Part shown: piece after piece, positions 9,873 through 18,353 of the stretch
Layout: every line of letters begins with the position of its first letter
How positions within the stretch are numbered: position 1 is the stretch's first letter
Source: a virus
Taxonomy: Duplodnaviria; Caudoviricetes
IMG/VR virus record: IMGVR_UViG_3300033076_000104
Coordinates: 1-35,730 of that record
DNA length: 35,730 nt
Direction: 5' to 3' (one strand)
The notes under the pieces: generated by a model
The model's database searches: none
The model's input: the letters and a program-made list of their open reading frames with translations, nothing else
Told to the model about the DNA's origin: nothing
Program-made: the position numbers and the translations under genes

Positions 9873-10844
9873 TCAACGGAAGAAACCCCCGGTCAAAATC
9901 CAGCCCGCGTCCTTTTGCCTGCTTTGCAACAGAACGTCATCGTAACGAGCAACCAATGGAGGCTTCATATTAGTACGCTTAACGGTAGCTTTAGCTTGGC
10001 TTGCAAACTGCATAATCATTTGAATCTGCGTAGGGCTTGCTTTGCCATACATAGGCATCAAACGCTCTGCCAAACACCAGCGCAGAGCCATTGAATAGCC
10101 TTCAGGCAGCACAATCGTGTCATAAAGCGACTCATAGCGCCTAAACAGGGTGTCTGCAAACATATGCATTTCGCCCTGAGAAGGGTTAGGCCACACAAAA
10201 AGGTTGCCCAAAATCTCAGTCGGCTGATAGTACAACGCTTTAGGCCAAGGACCGTTTAGGGTTTTCAAGCCAATCATTTCATAGCTGTCATAGTCAAGCA
10301 CAGCTACAGGGTAGTCTAAGCCACCATTGAGGATAGGTTGACCATTGCTGTTGGTGTTAATCCGCACAAAAGCAGAGTTAATCACCAATGGGCGCTGATA
10401 AAAAGCATTGATTGTTGTACTTGCGACAGTTTGTGAGATGTTGACTGTGTAAGTCCCTGCTTCGTTGACGTTGCCGCCAGCGCCTGTCAAGAAGCCCACA
10501 ATCTTTGTGCCTGTAGCGATGCCTGTGCCTGTGATTGTTTGATTTAGCGCAATAGCGCCTGAGTTAATCGCAGTTACAGTTAAAACATTGCCTGAAATTG
10601 AGCCTACGACTTGAGCGCCGATTTGACCGCCTGGGCCAATTGTGTATTGAGTTTGACCCGCAGTAAGAGGAAAGATGATTTCCGTCTTGTAATAGGTCAT
10701 CATATCTTCGTTTGACCATTGGTCGCACATATCATTCAGCATATCAAACGCATCTTGCGCTGCATCTGCTGTAGGGGTTTCACCCGCTTCAAGTGCGCCA
10801 ATGTCTTTTAACGCTCTGCTAACAATGTCTATCGGCGCTGTCAT
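9873..10844 (-). CDS. Head-tail adaptor (P22 gp4-like) with inserted beta-rich domain
   Basis: [11 protein letters not shown]....GETP...[16 protein letters not shown]-terminus; LPEGY..ALRW.LAERL.PMYG C-terminus. Confidence 0.85.
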   Translation of the reverse strand: MTAPIDIVSRALKDIGALEAGETPTADAAQDAFDMLNDMCDQWSNEDMMTYYKTEIIFPLTAGQTQYTIGPGGQIGAQVVGSISGNVLTVTAINSGAIALNQTITGTGIATGTKIVGFLTGAGGNVNEAGTYTVNISQTVASTTINAFYQRPLVINSAFVRINTNSNGQPILNGGLDYPVAVLDYDSYEMIGLKTLNGPWPKALYYQPTEILGNLFVWPNPSQGEMHMFADTLFRRYESLYDTIVLPEGYSMALRWCLAERLMPMYGKASPTQIQMIMQFASQAKATVKRTNMKPPLVARYDDVLLQSRQKDAGWILTGGFFR

Positions 10845-11137
10845 AGGCTCACCTTAAATGTTTCAAACTTCCAAGGCAGCTTTACTTCTTCAACGACCTC
10901 AGATTTCACAACTTCTAACTGTTTGAGTAAATTTTGCTCGATTTGCTTTTGAATGTCTGCTTTTATCCATTCAACAACATTGCGCTCTTTTACTTGCTCA
11001 ACAGGTGTGGGCTTGTTAATTTCCCAGTTCCCACGAGTTTCAATTGTATGCTTTCCGTCTGTGGCTGTCACCGAATATTCAGCGCTAGTTATAAAGCCGT
11101 CTTTAGCTTTTACAGAAAGAATTTTCCAATCAATCAC
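10841..11137 (-). CDS. Hypothetical protein, fibre-associated cluster
   Basis: Overlapping start/stop with both neighbours; W-rich small domain ending KLPW. Confidence 0.6.
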   Translation of the reverse strand: MIDWKILSVKAKDGFITSAEYSVTATDGKHTIETRGNWEINKPTPVEQVKERNVVEWIKADIQKQIEQNLLKQLEVVKSEVVEEVKLPWKFETFKVSL

Positions 11138-11490
11138 GCCACTTCAACCCATGATGTTGTAGCTTCATCCCATGTGTAACGCTTGCCATCATCAGGCATA
11201 GCAGTAGGAGCAGCCCATTGGCAAGTTTCTTCAACCAGCACCCAAGATGCAAAAGGCTTTGGAGGAATAAACGCATCACGGCCTGCATCGTATGTATAGC
11301 CAATGCCTGCGTAGTTCTTGCGAATATTGCCGTTGTAACTTGTTTTTTTCCAAGTACCACCTAAAAGGTTATAGCAAAATTCAACGCCTTTTGACTCGTC
11401 AAAAACACCGTCAATTTCTTCGTCTGAGTTTGCAACAACGATAACTTGAGTTACCACATTGTTTTCGTCAAGCTGTGCGTAATGAGCCAC
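11134..11490 (-). CDS. Conserved phage protein that accompanies glycine-rich fibres (putative assembly chaperone)
   Basis: MAHYAQLDENNVVTQVIVV...WKKTSYN...RKNYAGIGYTYD..RDAFIPPKP...W.AP..MP...Y.WDE; GTG start. Confidence 0.7.
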   Translation of the reverse strand: MAHYAQLDENNVVTQVIVVANSDEEIDGVFDESKGVEFCYNLLGGTWKKTSYNGNIRKNYAGIGYTYDAGRDAFIPPKPFASWVLVEETCQWAAPTAMPDDGKRYTWDEATTSWVEVA

Positions 11491-11707
11491 TTAAAGCCTC
11501 CAATTGTTCAGGTAAATAAATTGTCTCGATTGAATCTTCAAACAGTTTAATCTTCATCATTGTTTCGTCAATCTCTTGCCATGTTGGGCAGGGGCGTGGG
11601 TCATCCCAGCGTGTTATTTCACGATTAGAGATTTCCCACTTAGCCCCAGGTCTAAGCATTTCCATTGCCATGTCAATGCCGTAAATTCTGTAAATCTTAG
11701 TAGTCAT
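11468..11707 (-). CDS. XkdW-like small fibre chaperone
   Basis: AM..LRPGAKW......I..W.DPRPCPT..EI pattern; follows the fibre gene. Confidence 0.55.
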   Translation of the reverse strand: MTTKIYRIYGIDMAMEMLRPGAKWEISNREITRWDDPRPCPTWQEIDETMMKIKLFEDSIETIYLPEQLEALSGSLRTA

Positions 11708-11708
11708 G

Positions 11709-13349
11709 TTATGCCCACTTAATGATTACTATGCCTGAGCCGCCATTCCCGCCTGAGTAGAATTGCCAGTTTGATGATGAGCCAGAGCTAGGGCCACCTC
11801 CACCACTTCCAGTATTGGCTGTGGCACTAAATCCATTTTGCCCTCCTGAACCACTAGAGCCTCCACCGCCAGACCCTCCTGAAGATTGAGAGCCTGCGTA
11901 ACTTCCACCGCCACCACCGCCTGCTCTAGTCACAGAAGACCCTGTTATGGATGATGCTAATCCAGCCCCACCATTTCCACCACCAGAAGCTGACCCATTA
12001 GACCCTGCTGAGGAGGCTCCTCCTCCTCCTCCAGCACCATAGCTGGCTGAAGCTGTGTATCCTGACCCTCCGTTATTTCCTTGCCCAGACGTTCCAGTGC
12101 CGCCTGTTGTATGGCCAGTATCTCCACCACCACCTGAGCCACCGCTTTGCCCATTCTGTGCTGGAGTATTACCCGCCGTTCCCCCGCCTCCAATAGCTGT
12201 TAAAGAGGAAAATGTGGAGTTTGAACCTGACAAACCTGGGGTAACGCTTGCACCGCCGCCACCAGCTCCAGCCGCCCCTACGGTGATTGTATAAGTGGAA
12301 CCTGGTGTAACGGAAAAACCTGTACCAGAAAGATAACCTCCAGCACCACCACCACCACCTACACCACCACCGCCACCACCACCAGCAATCACAAGGTAGT
12401 CAACAGAAGAAACGCCAGCAGGAGCAGTCCAAGAGCCAGATGTGTAAAAAACAGCTATGTTTGGCACTTGATAGGAAAGGATTACTATGCCAGAGCCGCC
12501 TGAGCCACCATTTAAAATAGCGCTAACAGTATTTTGAGCCGCAGCACCACCCCCGCCGCCTGTGTTGGCTGTTCCGTTACTTCCAGCATTAGATGGTATT
12601 TTCCCATTACCACCGCCGCCTGCACCACCAGTTCCAGCGGTAACTCCTGATGACCCACCGCCACCGCCAGCATAAGTTACAGATGTGCCACTTATAGACG
12701 ATGCTGTTCCTGCGCCACCATTACCGCCAACTCCAGATGAACCCGTTGAGCCAGCAGCAGATGCGCCACCTCCACCACCAGAATAATCAGTTAAAACTCC
12801 GCTATAAGAATGAGTGCCATCGCCTCCAGCGTTGCCTTGGCTTGGAGACGTGCTTGGCGTGTTGCCAGCCGCACCAGTCCATCCTCCAGAACTTGCAGCA
12901 CAGCCGCCGCCACCACCTGAGCCTCCTGACGCAGGATTTGTGAAATAGTTTCCACCATATCCACCGCCAGCAGATTCTATTTTTGCGCCTCCACCTGCTG
13001 CGCTAGTATTCCATGATGAAACACTGCCAGAAGCAGCATTGCTTGTATTGACATTAGTTCCACCAGCCCCACCAGCGCCAACAGTAATCGTATAAGTAGT
13101 GCCTGCTGTTACAGCGTAACTAGTGCCTGTTCTAAAGCCGCCTGCACCACCGCCACCACCAAAAATATAATTATTTGTTGAAGCGCAACCGCCGCCGCCA
13201 CCAGCAACAACCAAATAATCAACAGTTGTTACACCAGTAGGGCAAGTCCATGAGCCTGAAGTTGTGAATGTTTGAATAACAGTAGCAGAACCGCTACCTC
13301 CACCAATAGCGGAGATAGCCATCGCAAGTTTTGTAAAAGATAAAAACAT
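11709..13349 (-). CDS. Glycine-rich fibre/receptor-binding protein made of two tandem glycine-rich domains
   Basis: Two copies of F.TSGSWT.P.GV..VDYLV.AGGGGG...TYTITVG...ANTG.GGG...GGSGIVI. Confidence 0.85.
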   Translation of the reverse strand: MFLSFTKLAMAISAIGGGSGSATVIQTFTTSGSWTCPTGVTTVDYLVVAGGGGGCASTNNYIFGGGGGAGGFRTGTSYAVTAGTTYTITVGAGGAGGTNVNTSNAASGSVSSWNTSAAGGGAKIESAGGGYGGNYFTNPASGGSGGGGGCAASSGGWTGAAGNTPSTSPSQGNAGGDGTHSYSGVLTDYSGGGGGASAAGSTGSSGVGGNGGAGTASSISGTSVTYAGGGGGSSGVTAGTGGAGGGGNGKIPSNAGSNGTANTGGGGGAAAQNTVSAILNGGSGGSGIVILSYQVPNIAVFYTSGSWTAPAGVSSVDYLVIAGGGGGGGVGGGGGAGGYLSGTGFSVTPGSTYTITVGAAGAGGGGASVTPGLSGSNSTFSSLTAIGGGGTAGNTPAQNGQSGGSGGGGDTGHTTGGTGTSGQGNNGGSGYTASASYGAGGGGGASSAGSNGSASGGGNGGAGLASSITGSSVTRAGGGGGGSYAGSQSSGGSGGGGSSGSGGQNGFSATANTGSGGGGPSSGSSSNWQFYSGGNGGSGIVIIKWA

Positions 13350-13365
13350 AATTGTCCTTTACAAA

Positions 13366-13755
13366 TTAGGGCGTATAGCCTTGAGCAATGTTTCCGTACC
13401 AGTTGGTTCCATCAGACACGAATGTAAGAATATCCATTTTGCCTGCTGTCGCTGTAATAGTAGGTGCGCCTGCTGTGCCCCACTTTACGCCTGTGAAAGT
13501 AGCTGTTCCGTTACCAGTTGTAGCTGCTTGCTTGAGCAACAAAGTAAATGACTTTCCTGCTGTCGCTGTGGGCATTGTGAACGTACAAGCTGTTGAAGCA
13601 GTTAGCGTAGCTGTTTGAATTGTTCCGCTAGTCAGGGCAATAGTGCTTGCGCTTGTAACAGTTCCGATTGCTACAACAGATTCTGTGTAGTTTGTGATTG
13701 TCGGATTTACTAAAGCGTAATCAAATGTAATCCCAGAAGTGCCAAATTGCGCCAT
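13366..13755 (-). CDS. C-terminal part of a fibre protein (in +1 frame relative to 13721-14500, or restart at ATG 13755)
   Basis: Thr-rich beta domain ...TFTMPTATAGKSFTLLLKQ..TGNGTATF..VKW.....PTIT..AGKMDILTFVSDGTNWYG; sequence upstream of ~13773 in this frame is shadow-like. Confidence 0.7.
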   Translation of the reverse strand: MAQFGTSGITFDYALVNPTITNYTESVVAIGTVTSASTIALTSGTIQTATLTASTACTFTMPTATAGKSFTLLLKQAATTGNGTATFTGVKWGTAGAPTITATAGKMDILTFVSDGTNWYGNIAQGYTP

Positions 13756-14500
13756 TCGAGTTGTTGCTATAAAGCGACAAAGTATCAGAGCCACCAACGC
13801 TAATACGACCATTCGGAGAAGAATAATCAACAACAACGCCATCTGTATATGTGCCAGCCAAAGCACCCTGCGCCCACACGCCTTTTGTGGCTGTTGTGTC
13901 GTTTGTTGAAGCCAAATAATTAGCTGTAAGCGTTGTGCCATTAAATGTCAAATTGGCTGAAGATGACAAAGCACTTGTGCCGTTACCATAAGGCACATAG
14001 TTTGCAGTCAAAGATGTTAAACCTGTGCCGCCGTTAGCAACGCCCAAAGTGCCTGCCAATGTGACAACGCCAGTTGATGCTGTTGACGGAGTCAATCCAG
14101 TTGAGCCTGCGCTAAAACTTACAACGCCAGCAGTTGTGGCTTGCTTCAAATTGCCGTTAGTATCAAAAGTTCCATCTGTTGTCCATGTATCGCCAACAGC
14201 TAAAGTCACTTTGTAAAGCGTTCTTAATGTGCTGTTGTTGTTATAGCTTACAGTTACAGTTACTGCCGCTGTATCTTTGTTTTCAATTGACAAAGATTTA
14301 ATTAGCCTGCGAGTTGCTGAAGCAGGCGCAGCAACCATAGTCACAGATGATGTGCCGTTTAAAGCGCCATCATTTGCGCCTTCTGTAAAAGTTGAGCCAT
14401 TATTGTCAGAATAAGCTGCTACAAAATCAGGGTTTGTAGTTGCAGCAGCGCCAGACATGGCGACAACAATACTTTTTGTTACATCGTCTAAAACTATCAT
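13721..14500 (-). CDS. Fibre/structural protein, N-terminal part (apparently frameshifted near 13760-13774)
   Basis: Thr/Ser/Gly-rich with LGVANGGTG fibre motif; composition breaks abruptly at ...YSNNSNGAIWHFWDYI*. Confidence 0.75.
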   Translation of the reverse strand: MIVLDDVTKSIVVAMSGAAATTNPDFVAAYSDNNGSTFTEGANDGALNGTSSVTMVAAPASATRRLIKSLSIENKDTAAVTVTVSYNNNSTLRTLYKVTLAVGDTWTTDGTFDTNGNLKQATTAGVVSFSAGSTGLTPSTASTGVVTLAGTLGVANGGTGLTSLTANYVPYGNGTSALSSSANLTFNGTTLTANYLASTNDTTATKGVWAQGALAGTYTDGVVVDYSSPNGRISVGGSDTLSLYSNNSNGAIWHFWDYI

Positions 14501-14509
14501 GTTTTCACC

Positions 14510-15316
14510 TTAACTGATAAACCAAGCATAAGCGTTAGCTTCTGCGTTGCTTCCACCGCCGCCACCGCCACTAGCAGCAATCGTTATGCTGCCTGAACTA
14601 TTTGTAATTGTTACGTTTGCGCCTGCTGTCAATGTTGCAAGCGTAAAGCCTGAACCATTGCCAATAAGCAATTTCCCATTGGTAGGAGTGGTTGTAACGC
14701 CTGTTCCACCATAACTAACGCTTAATGTTCCACTTGATACGTTTGAAGCATTTAAAGCAGTCAAAGAAGCGCCTGAGCCACTAAAGCTAGTTGCTGACAA
14801 CGTGCCTGATGAAGGGTTGTAAGTGTACTTTGTTGATGACGTATATTCAGTTGTTACAGTTCCTGTTGTAACTGTGCTGAACAAAGGGTACAACGTTGAA
14901 TTTGTTGTAGTGTCATCAGTAATTGACAGGCTACTTCCACCGCCAGCAGCTTGCCAAGTCGGTGCGCTCGCTCCGTTTGAAGTCAGAACATAACCAGAAG
15001 TTCCTGCGCCAGTAAAAGCATAAGCAGAGCCAGTTCCATAAGCTACGCCGCCCGCAGTAGGTGTAGCAGTTCCGCCAGTACCACCGTTAGCGACATTTAC
15101 TGTGCCGCCAAGAGTCACAACGCCGCTTGTAGCGGTCGCAGGAGTCAGACCAGTAGTGCCGCCACTAATAGATAAAACGCCGCTTCCTGGAGGCTGTGGA
15201 GCATAGAAAGGGTCACCAGCAGGGCCAATTAACGTGACAATCGAGTGGTCTTCGTTAAAAATGCCCTGAACTGGTACGATATTTATCGTTTCTGTTTTTG
15301 CCGTGTCATTAGACAT
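14510..15316 (-). CDS. Fibre/structural protein with GGTG repeats
   Basis: VNVANGGTG, GYVLTSNG..APTW, YNPSSGTL, LSVSYGGTG and GKLLIGNG fibre motifs. Confidence 0.75.
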   Translation of the reverse strand: MSNDTAKTETINIVPVQGIFNEDHSIVTLIGPAGDPFYAPQPPGSGVLSISGGTTGLTPATATSGVVTLGGTVNVANGGTGGTATPTAGGVAYGTGSAYAFTGAGTSGYVLTSNGASAPTWQAAGGGSSLSITDDTTTNSTLYPLFSTVTTGTVTTEYTSSTKYTYNPSSGTLSATSFSGSGASLTALNASNVSSGTLSVSYGGTGVTTTPTNGKLLIGNGSGFTLATLTAGANVTITNSSGSITIAASGGGGGGSNAEANAYAWFIS

Positions 15317-15325
15317 CTTGAATCC

Positions 15326-15817
15326 TTATGCAGGGTCAATCACATGAATAACTGCAAAGTTCAGTTGTACAGCTTCAGACAAAGATGAGCCATGACGGTT
15401 TACAAGCGAAATATCACAAGAACCGTTTGCCATAGCAGTTACAAATGTGAAATAACCGCCAGCAGTAGCGCCACCAGCAACGTTCAAAATAAGAACATCG
15501 TTTGCGCTCAAAATGTTATTTGTAAGCGTAAATGTTACAACAGCGCCATTAGCAAGCGCTGCATTGTTCATTGTTATGCGACCAGACGGAGAATTTAAAG
15601 TTACTCCTGTCGATTTGCTTGTGGCTTGAGTTACTGTAGCAAAAGCACCATCGTAATAGCCCAAAGCATCGCTTGCATAAACAGTTGTAGCTGCAATAGG
15701 AGGCGAAAAGTACGCACCCCCAGGGCCAACAAGCCCTACGCAACTACCATTTGCTGCAAATTCAGCTTGAACAGGAACAATGTTTGAAGTTGATGTGGAT
15801 GCGACTTGATTTGTCAT
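15326..15817 (-). CDS. Structural (head fibre/decoration) protein
   Basis: VTQATSKSTGVTLN..SGRITMNNAALA...LSEAVQLNFAVI beta domain; N-terminus paralogous to 14510-15316. Confidence 0.7.
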   Translation of the reverse strand: MTNQVASTSTSNIVPVQAEFAANGSCVGLVGPGGAYFSPPIAATTVYASDALGYYDGAFATVTQATSKSTGVTLNSPSGRITMNNAALANGAVVTFTLTNNILSANDVLILNVAGGATAGGYFTFVTAMANGSCDISLVNRHGSSLSEAVQLNFAVIHVIDPA

Positions 15818-15819
15818 GA

Positions 15820-16161
15820 TTAGTCTGCCTGTGCTGCTGTTACATACAAAGTATTAGTGCCTGAACTTACAGCCTTAATGTAAAAAGGTCCTTTAGGGGC
15901 AGCCAACATCAAAGGATAGTTCATTGCAGGAGGCAGAATGTAAGAACCGCCTGTGCCGTCAGCAGCAACAGTAGGAGTCTTAACTGTGTCGCTTGCGTTG
16001 CCCATTTCAATGGCAGCTACACCAGTTCCTGTGTTGAGCAGATGAACATAGTTTGTTTGGTCATTTGTCAAGGGCACAATCGCTAAAGCGGATGTGGCTG
16101 TTGTAGTCAGGGCCATCGTATAAGTCAAGCCGCTAACACGAAGAACTGATGTATTTACCAT
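15820..16161 (-). CDS. Small beta-rich structural protein
   Basis: Position in post-capsid cluster; Thr/Ala-rich beta-sandwich-like; GAGG RBS. Confidence 0.6.
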   Translation of the reverse strand: MVNTSVLRVSGLTYTMALTTTATSALAIVPLTNDQTNYVHLLNTGTGVAAIEMGNASDTVKTPTVAADGTGGSYILPPAMNYPLMLAAPKGPFYIKAVSSGTNTLYVTAAQAD

Positions 16162-16171
16162 TTTTTTATCC

Positions 16172-16504
16172 TCAAGCAGCGTTAGTAGGTGCAGGACCCT
16201 CTAAGCGGTCAACACGAATGTTATACACGCCAGCAGCAGGGGTCAGAGCAGTACCGCTAATCAGGTTGCCCCATTGAATTGTCAGAACGCCATTTGTTAG
16301 AACATCGGCTTCTGTAACAACAACGCCTGCTGTTTGATTGCCTTGATAACCAATCAGGGTAACGATGTCTCCGACTTGCAAGCCAGCGATAGGGTAGGTT
16401 TGCAATGAAGTTGTAGCGGTTGTTCCAAGCGCTGTCGGGGTCAAAGTCGGGGAAATAATGAAAGATTCGTGCAAATTGCCACGAGTTACGGTCGTAGATG
16501 ACAT
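16172..16504 (-). CDS. Putative capsid decoration protein
   Basis: IAGLQVGDIV...VLT.GVLTIQW.N...LTPAAG.Y beta-rich pattern; close to coat gene. Confidence 0.6.
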   Translation of the reverse strand: MSSTTVTRGNLHESFIISPTLTPTALGTTATTSLQTYPIAGLQVGDIVTLIGYQGNQTAGVVVTEADVLTNGVLTIQWGNLISGTALTPAAGVYNIRVDRLEGPAPTNAA

Positions 16505-16542
16505 GATTTATCCTTTGTTAAAGGTCAATTGATTATAGCGAT

Positions 16543-16589
16543 AAAAAGAAAAAAGCCACCCTTTTTAGCGAGTGGCTTCCCTCTTTTTT
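16543..16589 (-). terminator. Intrinsic terminator (possibly bidirectional)
   Basis: Minus strand AAGCCACTC-loop-GGGTGGCTT then TTTTCTTTTT; T-run also on the plus side. Confidence 0.75.
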
Positions 16590-16597
16590 ACATCAGA

Positions 16598-17014
16598 TTA
16601 CTGAACTGAGAAGTCGTAACCGTAAATGTAAACATCAACAGTACCAGCAACGGCTGTGCCAACGTTTACATACAGGTTTTGAGCAGTCTGAACAGCGGTT
16701 GTTGCAACAGTACGTTGGTCAACCACAGTAGAGCCTGTCAGAGCAGTCAACACAGCGTTTGACACGATGGCTGTACCAGCGCCAGCGGGGGCGGTACGAA
16801 CAGCCAAATAGCCAGTCGAAATGTTGGTCGATGCGTTAGTCAGCACAACTTGATACACAGAGTAGTTTGTTGTGTTAATCAAAGGCAAAGTAGCTGCGTC
16901 ACCAGTAGTTGCAAGGCTCACACCTTGTTGAACTGCCAGCAAACGGATAGCTTGGTTTGTGCCTAGTTGTTGTGGGTGTACGCTTTGCGTACTTGCGGGT
17001 CCTGGATTGCTCAT
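16598..17014 (-). CDS. Putative capsid decoration/cement protein
   Basis: Immediately after coat and flanked by terminators; beta-rich with VDVYIYG C-terminus. Confidence 0.65.
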   Translation of the reverse strand: MSNPGPASTQSVHPQQLGTNQAIRLLAVQQGVSLATTGDAATLPLINTTNYSVYQVVLTNASTNISTGYLAVRTAPAGAGTAIVSNAVLTALTGSTVVDQRTVATTAVQTAQNLYVNVGTAVAGTVDVYIYGYDFSVQ

Positions 17015-17037
17015 GATAAGTTCCTTAAATTTGTTAC

Positions 17038-17059
17038 AAAAAGGGGGTGTTTAGCCCCC
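17038..17059 (-). terminator. Intrinsic terminator after the coat gene
   Basis: Minus strand GGGGG-CTAAACA-CCCCC-TTTTT. Confidence 0.75.
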
Positions 17060-17064
17060 ATTCA

Positions 17065-18324
17065 TTAGGCTGCGACTCGGCAAGCCAGTTCAGGATAGAG
17101 CGGTGCCCATCCGTACAACACATCCAAACGAGTAGGAATACTATCGTTGTTAATGGTGTACTGACGCACAACACGCATACTCAGACCCAACTCTTTGTCA
17201 GAGGCACGACCAGCAAAGTGGACACCTTCAGGCAATTCCAAGTCAGCCATCGCAACTGTGAACGCATTTTTGTGCATGATGATGTTCTGGGGAGAAACAA
17301 CACCAGCACCCGACAAACCTGCGCTGAAAGGAGTCACAGTAGCTGTAGAGCTAGTTGTGGGGATAGAAACGTTTTGGAACTGACCAGCGGTGATGATAGC
17401 GGGGCTAACAGTCACGCTCATTGTGCCTGAACCTGTACCTGTAACAGTAGAAGTCACGACAAAGTTACGCAGCTTGTTAGAGCCGTAGGCTTGACGGTTC
17501 TGGGGGTTAACAGCAAACACATTAGCGATTTGAATCACATCGCCTTGGTTCAAGGTCAAAGTAGCGCCTTGAGTCAGGGTGATTGTTGATGTTTGCGCCC
17601 AGCCAGAGCTAATACCGATAGAAGTGGTGTTAGCAGTCAGGGTAGAGGCAGAAGAAGCAGCCCATGAGCCGAAAGTTTGTGACACAACGTTTTGGTCCAT
17701 GTACCAGTTCATGCCAGCAGAGTCACGACCCATCAAACCTTTTTTGTATTGGTCAGAAATCTGTTGCTGAGGAACGAACAAACCTTTCAAGCTGTCAACG
17801 ATAGTTGCAGAAGTAAAGGGTTCAACCACGCATGAACGGCGACCGTCACGGGGAGCGCCTTCAGAGTCAAGATAAGCACCAGCAGTCAGGTAAGTAATCA
17901 AACCTGTGGGAGGCGTACCAGCAGTACCAACGATGTTGGCGGTGTTGTTCTTAGCCATAACCAAGCCGTCACGGTCAACCTTGTTGGCGATAGCCGCCAC
18001 AGCAGGCTTCAACACACGGTCGCTGAACATATCCAAGCTCAGGGCCAAATCCTGGGTGGTGAACTGGGTGTCAACGTGAAATTGGGTAGACAAGGTCACA
18101 GGAGTGCTAGTTTCGTTGAAATCTTCAACGTTCAAAGCAGGACCAGTTGTACCGATGAAACGACCAGGGCGGCGAACGTTCACGGTGTTACCAATCTTAG
18201 CGCCAACAACGGCAAATTGGTCATCGTAGTTACGGTCAACATTGCCAGTAAAGGTCAATTCGTTTTCGAGGACCATCAAGGCCTCGTTAGTGATTTTGCT
18301 AATCGTCAGCAGATTATTAGCCAT
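17065..18324 (-). CDS. Major capsid protein (P22 gp5-like); start ATG 18324
   Basis: MANNLLTISKITNEALMVLENEL...KIGNTVNVRRP...RLDVLYGW..LYPELACR; GGAG RBS before 18324. Confidence 0.95.
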   Translation of the reverse strand: MANNLLTISKITNEALMVLENELTFTGNVDRNYDDQFAVVGAKIGNTVNVRRPGRFIGTTGPALNVEDFNETSTPVTLSTQFHVDTQFTTQDLALSLDMFSDRVLKPAVAAIANKVDRDGLVMAKNNTANIVGTAGTPPTGLITYLTAGAYLDSEGAPRDGRRSCVVEPFTSATIVDSLKGLFVPQQQISDQYKKGLMGRDSAGMNWYMDQNVVSQTFGSWAASSASTLTANTTSIGISSGWAQTSTITLTQGATLTLNQGDVIQIANVFAVNPQNRQAYGSNKLRNFVVTSTVTGTGSGTMSVTVSPAIITAGQFQNVSIPTTSSTATVTPFSAGLSGAGVVSPQNIIMHKNAFTVAMADLELPEGVHFAGRASDKELGLSMRVVRQYTINNDSIPTRLDVLYGWAPLYPELACRVAA

Positions 18325-18353
18325 GATAAAAACTCCAAATATAAAAAATAGGT

